Under the pieces are notes generated by a model, which saw only the letters and a program-made list of their open reading frames with translations, was not told the DNA's origin and ran no database searches. Shown one piece after another: positions 10,001-18,023 of a stretch of 18,023 nucleotides of DNA (position 1 is the stretch's first letter; the number at the start of each line of letters is the position of its first letter). Origin of the DNA: Azolla caroliniana. Lineage: Eukaryota > Plantae > Polypodiophyta. The position numbers and the translations under genes were made by a program. Where the stretch lies: positions 1-18,023 of the forward strand of contig JBHGNT010000671.1 in the NCBI GenBank assembly GCA_043228905.1, read 5' to 3'.

Positions 10001-11102
10001 ACGTGTCAAACATCCTTTAGCAGCATCTTGCATCCGGTTGGTGTTGACAGCCACACGTCTCCTATGCCGACAATTCGGCATGTACCTTCATTCCCCATCC
10101 GGACACAGCCATGATCAACGGTTGAGTAGGATGAGAAGCATTTCCGGTCCGGGGTAAGGTGGAACGACGCTCTGGAGTCGACCACCCAGGTCATCTCGTC
10201 GCCGGCAAGGTTTAGTTCACTTTCCTCGGTTATGAGCATCAACTCTTCTTCACTTGCCGCGATTGTCGTCGTTCCCTTCCGGTCCGTTCCCCTCCGGTCT
10301 TTACCGTTCTGGTCCGGTGTCCGCTTCGAATCGGTACTGTTGGTTTCCTTGTCTTTTCGGAAATGCCGGCAGTTCTTCTGGAAGTGTCCCGGCTTGCCGC
10401 AATAGAAGCAAGTAGGCCTCCCCTTGACTTTGACCGCGTCCCCGACTTTTCCCGGTTCTGGGGACTACGGTTCCTTTGTCTTCCGCGTTCCGATTCGGTA
10501 AGGAGTGCTTTGGATTTGGAGCTCGTATCCTTATCTTTCCGATGCGCCTCCTCATCTAGCAAGCTTGATTTCACTCTTGCTAGGGATAACCGTTTCCCTT
10601 CCGGCCCGGCGTTGCCCAAGGTGACAAGCAACGTCTCCCAGCTATCTTGGAGGGAACCGAGCAGGAGTAGTGCTAGTACCTCGTCGTCGAGAGGTACTTC
10701 CAATGATGTTGCCTGGTGGATCAGCCCCTGGAAGGCATTCATGTGCTCTGCCATGTTGGAGCCATCTTGGTACCGGAGTCTTACTAGCTTCCAGAATACC
10801 GAAACCTGGTTAACAGCATTTTTGTTTTGAAACATAATGCCGATCTTCTCCCAGAGCTCATGAGCCTTGCTCTCTTCATTGAAATTGTTGTATAGGCTCA
10901 TGTCGATGAAGCACCGTATGTACGGCGTTGTCTTCATGTGCATCACCTCCCATATTGTGGCATCGATTTTGTCCGGTCTCTTGTCCCCAAACTGAACCAA
11001 CAACCAAAGATCTTTAACCACGAGCATGTCCCTCATCTTCGACTTCCACACCGAATAGTTGGAGCCGGTGAGCTTGAACATGCCTCCCAATGAATCATCC
11101 AT
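7057..11102 (-). pseudogene. Copia A gag-pol polyprotein, disrupted
   Basis: Gag (KLTGSNYSVWK); CCHC CFYCGKPGHFQKNC after a frameshift near 10420; protease WVVDSRAS; pre-integrase LWHKRLCH..C..C; DDE integrase (HTDVC, RADNEGEY, NGLAERMN); GKLD; RT LDVKTAFL, SLYGLKQ, YVDD; RNase H DSD, EAEY, TKHI. Premature stops at 10006 (TGA) and 7420 (TAG). Confidence 0.95.
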
Positions 11103-11118
11103 TTTCTGTGTCGTTTCA

Positions 11119-11129
11119 CTCTGATACCA
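11119..11129 (-). promoter_or_regulatory. Copia A PBS for initiator tRNA-Met (TGGTATCAGAG)
   Basis: Canonical plant iMet PBS, 3 nt inside the 5' LTR end. Confidence 0.95.
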
Positions 11130-11132
11130 CTT

Positions 11133-11864
11133 TGACAGGAACTACACACTCCCAATGAACGAAGCTCGGCCACAACCGAGCTTAGAATCAAACACAGAAA
11201 ACAGGAAATAAAGTCGCAACAGAAAGGAGAGAAGAGAACACAGGATGTTTACGTGGAAAACCCAAACTCGGGAAAAACCACGGCAGCCCACAGACCGCGA
11301 ACTATCACTATGTCAGAATGTACAATAAGAAAGCACCGAGGCCACAACCTCGAGCTTGCTATCTTCGCCACAGGCGGCGGTTACAATCAAAGGCAACGAC
11401 CTCTTCCTCTCTCTCACTCTCTCTATACACAGTTGCGCGCTCCAATCTTGCGCCAACAAGAATGACAACAACTACCATCATTTTGCCCTAAGTCATATTT
11501 ATACAGATATGACTTTTCGGCTATTTACAAATATAGCCACGATGGACTCTCAGAAACATATTTACAAATATGTCTCTTCATCTGGTGAGCACTCCTCACC
11601 AGGCCTGCATCATCCGGCGCTTGTCGGGTACTCATCATCCGATTCTCACCGGGTCTTCCGTTTCCGGGTACTCCTCATCCGGTTCTCACCGGGTCTGCAC
11701 CATCCGGCTCTCCGTAGCCGGGTACTCGTCATCCGGTTCTCACCGGGTCTTCCGTAGCTGGGTATTCCTCATCCGGTTTCGGCTGAGGCCTATCAGCCTC
11801 AGCCAAGTTTGCTTATTAGTACTATTCTTCTGACTTCCCATCCAGAGGGACCTGATTCCTAACT
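11133..11864 (-). repeat. Copia A 5' LTR
   Basis: 732 bp with about 31 substitutions versus the 3' LTR by manual count. The terminal TG is mutated to AG. Confidence 0.95.
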
Positions 11865-12174
11865 CTCTATTGGTAAATGTGGGCTAGTAAGCGTAGGGTG
11901 AGTGTGTATACGAGATTACGCACTGGTGAGCTTTGGTTGTAGCTGTCTCCCTTCACACCTCGACGATACGTGTTGCTTTGTAAGCTTGTTATGCTTCTTG
12001 CACCTACGGATCTATTCCTTGCACCGCTATCACGTTGAAGTCTACCTCAAAGGACTGAGAGTAGACAATGTTCCTAATCGGTAACACCTTCGAACACAAC
12101 TTCCGGATATCGGTCTTCGAAACGCTTCGAATTTCGATTGTCCGGCTTTTCGGTTGCGTACTCCTTGTTCAGCT

Positions 12175-12461
12175 TCACTGTTCTGCACTCCCCCTCAAGC
12201 TTGGCTGGTCAAGAAGAGATAAGACAAGGTTCGACGTGAACTGCCGTAGCTTGTCGATACCAAGGGCTTTCATGAAAATGTCAGCAACCTGGAGGTGCGT
12301 ATTAATATGTTGTAAATCGATATGTCCAGCTACACGTTCACGAATAAAATGATAGTGTACTTCGATGTGCTTAGTCCGCGCGTGGAATACGGGGTTCCAC
12401 GCTAGGTAGATACTGCTCATGTTGTCGCAGTATAAACGAATTGGATCTTTGATGAGTATGT
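12175..12461 (-). pseudogene. Copia B RNase H C-terminal fragment
   Basis: IRLYCDNMSSIYLAWNPVFHARTKHIEVHYHFIRE...QVADIFMKAL...LRGS. Contains the PPT-like TTGAGGGGGAG at 12198-12188. Cut at 12461 by the family-A LTR. Confidence 0.9.
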
Positions 12462-13215
12462 TGATAGGGTGTTTAAGACAAAGGGTAATCTTACACTATA
12501 TGAGGGCTTTACCAAACCGGTTAGATGGAGTTGTGACTCATAATATATTATATAGATCAAGAGAGACTCAAGAAATTAAGAAAAAAAGATAGAGAAGATG
12601 AGAAAGAGATAAGATTGTTATGATATTCCAACATCAAGACATACAAAGGAGATAAACTCCACATTCAAGTAAGAAACCAGAGACCTTCTTACTACCAATC
12701 ACTCAAAAACCACAATTTAGACCCTTCCTCTTTCACTAAGATATCTCTTCCTAAGACTCCCTCTCCTCTATTAGGATTCTCTCCCTATTAGTTTTCCCGT
12801 CTATGACTATCACTTCCTCTTTTATAATTTTCTTCTTCTTCCTCGTTCACGCTATTTTTAGAAGCTTTTTATCTCCTATTTTTAGCTAAGACCCAACGAC
12901 CTTCTAATCGTCATATCTCCCTCCTCGAAGCTCCGAATTTAGTGATTTAAAACGCTATAGATAGCTCTCTTTACAAGATTTCTAATCCATATTTAAACAT
13001 AATATTTGGGTGAAAAAAGAAGGATTTATGACTATTCCTTTTTTACTGTTTTTTATGGTCCGCTTTTTCTCTTTTTACTTTTCTCTTGGTCTCTTACTTT
13101 TACTTTTGACTTCTTCCTAAGGTCTTGGTTCGTGTTCTTCGCCTCCAAATGTGAATTATCCATACTTTATATTCTTCTAATGTTCAATGGCTTAGCTTCT
13201 AAAAACACTTTCACA
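12462..13215 (-). mobile_element. Complete family-A Gypsy LTR (754 bp), inverted relative to 1-617; probably a 3' LTR
   Basis: Reverse complement of 1-617. Minus-strand ends TGTGAAAGTGTTT...AAACACCCTATCA. Flanks TATGT/TATTG are not a TSD, and a co-oriented pol fragment lies upstream. Confidence 0.85.
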
Positions 13216-13319
13216 TATTGCCCTCCACCATTTGTGTTGCCCACGCCATCTAGCGTTTGTCTAGCGCCATTTTTAATTGCGCCGTAAACCTCTCCCAATT
13301 TGTTTGAAGAAGTATGCGT

Positions 13320-14273
13320 ACATTATCTGTTATCGCTACCAGAATATCTATTACCTGTTCGTGTTGCTGTCGGTGTAAAGGGTCCCACAAAATCAAGACC
13401 CCACTTCTAGAATGGATCTAGCGGAAGAACGGGTTGATGTGGCATTCTCGCGCCCTCTATGGACTAACCCAATCGTTGACATAAATCACATTGCTTGCAA
13501 TATAGGTGCGCGTCCTTTTGCATGGTAGGCCACCATAGACCGGCTTGCCATATTTTTCTGGCCATAACATCTCCCGCATAGTGCCCCCCGGTCGTACCAC
13601 AGTGAGCTTCGCGCAAAACAGCTTCCTTCTCATCTTGACGTACCCCGCATCGCCAGATTCCATCATTGCCCTTGTGATACAATATTCCTTCCACCAGGCA
13701 AAAGTTATAGTTGTGGACAGCCAATTGCTTCTTTTCGTCCGTCCTTAATTGTGGCGGTGGCATTCCTTTAGTCAGAAAGTACGTCATTTCCATTAACCAT
13801 CAATCCAGAAAAATTTTCTCTTCCCATGACGTTATCATCACGACCCGCAGAACGTCTACATCAGGAAATTCATTGTCATCTTTCCTTGCAGTTTCCCCGT
13901 TATCCACCCTGCTCAAGAAATCTGCTACAACGTGTTGCGTACCTAGGCGATGTTGAATTATGAAGTCGAATTCTTGGAGCAATAGCATCCATCTAGCTAG
14001 TTTTCTTGTTAGCACCTGTTTCTCCACAAGGTAGAGCAACACCACATGATCTACGTGAAACGTAAATTTTCGCCCCAGAAGATAATGGCAGAATTTATTG
14101 ATGTTGTATATCATTCCCAACGCCTTCCGTTCTGTTGTGGAGTAGTTACGTTCGGCCGTTGATAGCTTTCGACTGGCGTAATAGACTGTTCTATACCAAT
14201 TCGGCTCGGTGAGTTGCATCAACGCGTTGCCTATTGCTATATCTGAAGCATCCACAAAGACATGGAACGGTTT
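13320..14273 (-). pseudogene. Ty3/Gypsy (non-chromovirus-like) RNase H-integrase fragment
   Basis: KPFHVFVDASDIAIG, YYASRKL..AERNYSTTE, FHVDH, ARWMLLLQEFD, VADFLSR, the HHCC zinc finger (HCGTTGGH...CDLC) and PF*KWGLDFVGP. Several in-frame stops; the integrase core is lost after about 13325. Confidence 0.9.
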
Positions 14274-14754
14274 CAGGGTAAAAGTGTGCGAGTGGAAACA
14301 CTATTATAGCTAATTAGCTACTAAAATGGCCATTGCTAATTAGCTATTTGTTTAGCTAGTCTTTTTTGTGGGAAAATCAAATATTTGAAAAACTAATTTA
14401 TGAAAAAACTCAAATATTTGAACTTCTGTTTCAGATGTAGTGGAACTTGGGGAATAGCACCATCATCTAAGGTCGACTTCAATGTCATCAATTTCCTGTT
14501 TAGCCTAAGTCTGATTTTGAACGCAAATGGAGTACTCAGAGCACGAACGCAGACGTAGCTCCCGCAACAACAGAAAATCGACATTGCAGATTGACAGCTA
14601 CAACACAAAACCCGCTCGATCATCGTCTAGGTATGTTTCAGTTACAGAAACCCCAAACATTTGTTTTTTCTTTTTGACTACTGTCTGAACTTTGGTGCCG
14701 ATTCATATTTCCCCAAAATCGAATAGGGTGAAGTCCTTGGAGTCCCATACAAGG

Positions 14755-17700
14755 ATGTCTTGCAAATCGGGGAGTAGCAATAGGTGTGTTTATATTACTT
14801 TTTTTGTGTTTAATCCTGTCTTTAGTGATGATTGGGGTTTCTGATTGAAATTTTTTATTAGGGTTTTTGTTTATAAATTTCTGATTAGAATTTATGATTA
14901 GGGTTTGTGATTGAAATTTCTGATTAGGGTTTGTGATTGAAATTTCTGATTAGGGTTTGTGATTGAAATTTCTGATTAGGGTTTTTTATTATAAATTTCT
15001 GATTAGAATTTCTGAGGGTTTCTGGTTACAAATTTTGATTACAGATAAGAATTTCTGATTAGAATTTCTGAATAGGGTTTTTTTTTATAAATTTCTGTTT
15101 AGGATTTCTGATTAGGGTTTGTGATTGAAATTTCTGATTAGGGTTTCTGATTGAAATTTCTGATTAGGGTTTCTGATTGAAATTTCTGATTAGGGTTTTT
15201 GATTATAAATTTCTGATTAGAATTTCTGAATAAGGTTTCTGGTTACAAACTTCTGATTACAGATTTTGATTAGGGTTTCTGATTTCAAATTTCTAAATAC
15301 AAATTATGATTAGGGTTTCTGATTTGCTAAGTTAAAGATTTTGCACCATTTTTGTTGTTGTTGATTGGGGTTTCTGATTCTCACATGTTCTGATTTTGCA
15401 CTATTTCTGATTTCTGAAATGATATTTCAGATGGCTCGTTCCTCCGTATACGAGAGTGCTAAACTTCGCAAAATTTTGCGAGACAGAGGACTTCCACAAC
15501 ACCTATGGTCTGTCACTCGAGGGTGTTGACCCTACTGTCCTAAGTGATAAATTGATCAGTGATGTAGACTGGATGACAGTATATACAGTGCCTAGAGTCA
15601 AAGGCAAGGTCAAGCTGAAGCATGTACGAGCCGACTTGTACGATGACTGCATGAGACTGCACCAGAAAGTTCATCAGGAGATCCCAGTCAACAATGAGTT
15701 GTCAGTTTCATTTGCTAGAGCATTTGCATATGAGTACTGCAAAACAGCGAAGGAATCCAGAGACCCTAAAATGTATAGGGTAGCTTGGGCAGTCTATGGT
15801 GAGGCATTGGTAAAAAGATGCCAAAAGATGGGGACCTTGGCACAAAAAATAGACAAATTTTGGAGCATGGCAGCTGTTGATGCAACTGCCGACTCCCAGC
15901 AAGACCGGGGGCATACACCACACCGACACCCAAGGAAAGCCAATGTCAATGATACATGTGAGACATTGGTTAGCTATATGCTAAAAAATGTCCATGAAGC
16001 CTGTGAGACATTGGCATTTTTTAAGACTGATTTAGAGAACGCCACAATGGCTTCTGCAATGGAGAGCAAAGTTACTTCCGTTGTTACAACGATTCGAAAT
16101 AAGATTCAGGTAACTATTGTTTTGCTGGTATGTGATTTTGTTATAAATAACTTTAAGGGTAAAATGTGCTAATCAAGCATTATCTGGAATTGGTTGCGCA
16201 ACAGGAGCTTGAATTAGAGGGGCCACTGGATCCCCAGCGTAAAATACAACTGCAAATAGAGATCCAGGTTCTTTCAATGAACCTGGACCTTCTAGGTGTA
16301 AATACTGTTGCAGATTACAATTTGGATAAGCTTCAAGTAACTTAACGATTCCTGAGCAAAGTTGGTGTATCTTTCAACAACAGGAATAATTAATCGGTAA
16401 ATTTCTCTATTGCGTTGAAGGAACAATACATTCATCAAGAACAGGTAGTTAGCTACCTTAAGAAGCAGCTACATTTTGTGGAGGGAATGGTAAGAACCAG
16501 ACAGGATTTGGACCTGAACATTCTTGCTCCCTTACCAAATGAAGCAAAACCAGAAAATGATTTATTGACAGTTCAAGCACGTTGCATCGCTTGCGGGTTA
16601 GGTGTGGAGGACAAAATTGCGTCTTTGTTGGTTCACCTACAACCATGCAACCACACATACCATCTGCTTTGTTTTCAACATGCCTGTCGAATTGCTGCAT
16701 TCTGTTTAGGAGATTGCAGTACAACTCTACCAAATGAGTGGAGAAAACTAACAGGTATACCATACTGTAGCTAATAAGCTTAGTCTTTTCTAATTAGCTA
16801 TCCTACTAGCTAATTAGCTACTGGCAGCTAATTAGCTATCCTAGTAGCTAATTAGCTATGGTACTAGCTAATTAGTTAGTACCATAGTTGTGTAAAAAAG
16901 CTAATTAGCTATCCTACTAGCTAATTAGCTACTGGCAACTAATTAGCTATCCTAGTAGCTAATTAGCTACTGCCATAGTTGTGTAAAGTAGCTAATAAGC
17001 TATCCTAGTAGCTAATTAGCTACTAGCAGCTAATTAGCTATCCTAGTAGCTAATTAGCTATGGTACTAGCTAATTAGCTAGTACCATAGTTATGTAAAAA
17101 AACTAATTAGCTATCCTACTAGCTAATTAGCTATTGGCAACTAATTAGCTATCCTAGTAGCTAATTAGCTATTGGCAACTAATTAGCTATCCTACTAGCT
17201 AATTAGCTATCATAGTAGCTAATTAGCTACTGCCATAGTTGTGTAAAGTAGCTAATAAGTTGTCCTAGTAGCTAATTAGCTACTGGCAGCTATTTAGCTA
17301 TCCTAGTAGCTAATAAGCTATCCTAGCTACTACATAGTTGAGAAAGTAGCTAATTAGCTATCCTACTAGCTAATTAGCTATCCTAGCTACTACCATAGTT
17401 AGTAAAGTAGCTAATTAGTTATCCTAGCTACTACCATAGTTAGTAAAGTAGCTAATGAGCTATCCTAGCTACTACCATAGTTAGTAAAGTAGCTAATGAG
17501 CTATCCTAGCTACTACCATAGTTAGTAAAGTAGCTAATTAGCTATCCTAACTACTACCATAGTTGAGTAAAGTAGCTAATTAGCTATCCTAGCTACTACC
17601 ATAGTTGAGTAAAGTAGCTAATTAGCTATCGTACTAGCTAATTAGCTATCGTACTAGCTAATTAGCTATCCTAATTAGCTATCATACTAGCTAATTAGCT

Positions 17701-18023
17701 ATCCTAGCTTCTACCATAGTTTAGTAAAGTAGTTAATTAGCTATCCTAAATAGCTGCCATGTTATTGTAGAATCTTGTGGATTAAGGACGGCACATGATG
17801 TGTCTGGTGCTGATGACGCTACAACAGATGAGGATATTGCTGCCAACGTGGCTGAAAGTAAGAGTCCTGCTATCACATCTCCTTCAGATCAGCTCCACCC
17901 TATTCTTTTGGAACAGTGTACTGAATTAGGCAACGATGTGAAATGCCATGAAATAGTGGAAACAACATGTAAAACAGAGGTTCACAACAACAGTGTTTAT
18001 GAACACTTGATGCAACATTTCTT
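14755..18023 (+). CDS. Spliced gene for an unknown-domain + coiled-coil + RING-H2 protein (3' incomplete); exons 14755-14783, 15431-16109, 16205-16336, 16421-16754, 17771->18023
   Basis: All four introns are GT-AG with matching phases (2,0,0,1), giving at least 475 codons without a stop: MSCKSGSSNR-WLVPPY...KIQ-ELELEG...KLQ-EQYIH...KLT-ESCGL... The RING-H2 reads CIAC...CNHTYHLLC...CLGDC. A possible 5'UTR intron lies at 14631-14726. Confidence 0.75.
14828..15380 (+). repeat. Degenerate 26-bp tandem repeat GATTAGGGTTTGTGATTGAAATTTCT (telo-box containing), intronic
   Basis: About 10 or more TTAGGGTTT motifs, interspersed with shorter GATTAGAATTTCT subunits. Confidence 0.9.
16768..17755. repeat. 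Array of the palindrome TAGCTAATTAGCTA, intronic
   Basis: Dozens of copies with short variable spacers (TCCTAC, TCCTAG, CTGGC, CTACCATAGTT..AAAG). Confidence 0.95.

Larger units (their letters stand above)
6314..11864 (-). mobile_element. Full-length Ty1/Copia LTR retrotransposon A (Tnt1/Tto1-like)
   Basis: Two 732-bp LTRs, TSD CTCTA (6309-6313 and 11865-11869), tRNA-iMet PBS, PPT, and gag-PR-INT-RT-RH domain order. Confidence 0.97.
6074..12086 (+). mobile_element. Family-X solo LTR (~457 bp; 6074-6313 plus 11870-12086) interrupted by Copia A
   Basis: Both halves align colinearly to 3444-3862. TSD CCTTC at 6069-6073 and 12087-12091. The 5' end TATTGTCC corresponds to TGTTGTCC in the other copy. 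Confidence 0.8.
14274..18023. mobile_element. Probable DNA transposon (MULE- or hAT-like end) inserted in Gypsy pol, running past the window end
   Basis: Gypsy pol breaks abruptly at (CA)GGGTAAAAGTG. Subterminal TAGCTAATTAGCTA palindromes at 14307 and ~14334. No transposase, second end or TSD is visible. Confidence 0.45.

Noticed and set aside
7162-10830. Many + strand ORFs over Copia A
   Set aside because: They are shadow ORFs antisense to a GC-rich gag-pol.
1-13215. One giant element bounded by ~600-bp terminal inverted repeats
   Set aside because: The repeat has LTR hallmarks (TG...CA ends, followed by PBS and gag), so two independent LTR insertions explain it better.
15431-15529. ATG at 15431 as the start of the RING gene
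   Set aside because: That frame stops after about 32 codons. The long frame is entered by a phase-2 splice from the exon at 14755-14783.
16768-17755. CRISPR-like array
   Set aside because: The spacers are short and themselves repeated, there are no cas genes, and the context is a eukaryotic intron.

Overview
This window is eukaryotic repeat DNA, probably from a non-seed plant (bryophyte-like, inferred from the TE lineages only). It is almost entirely nested transposable elements. From left to right: (1) the 5' LTR, PBS and an internally deleted gag-protease-RT remnant of Ty3/Gypsy family A (+); (2) the 3' end of Gypsy family X, with a decayed extra ORF and an LTR; (3) the 5' half of a Tcn1/Tf1-like chromovirus, whose PBS is complementary to its own predicted mRNA 5' end (self-priming) and whose LTR starts with an antisense tRNA-like A/B box pair; (4) the 3' end of Copia B (-), which carries a family-X solo LTR (TSD CCTTC), which in turn carries a full-length Tnt1/Tto1-like Copia A (-, 6314-11864, 732-bp LTRs about 96% identical, TSD CTCTA); (5) an inverted second copy of the family-A LTR and a Gypsy RNase H-integrase fragment (-); (6) from about 14274, a probable DNA-transposon end carrying an apparently intact spliced gene (at least 5 coding exons, at least 475 aa, coiled coil plus RING-H2). 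Its introns hold a telo-box array and a ~1-kb array of the palindrome TAGCTAATTAGCTA, which also occurs at the element end. All assignments are from reading the sequence by eye; no searches were run.
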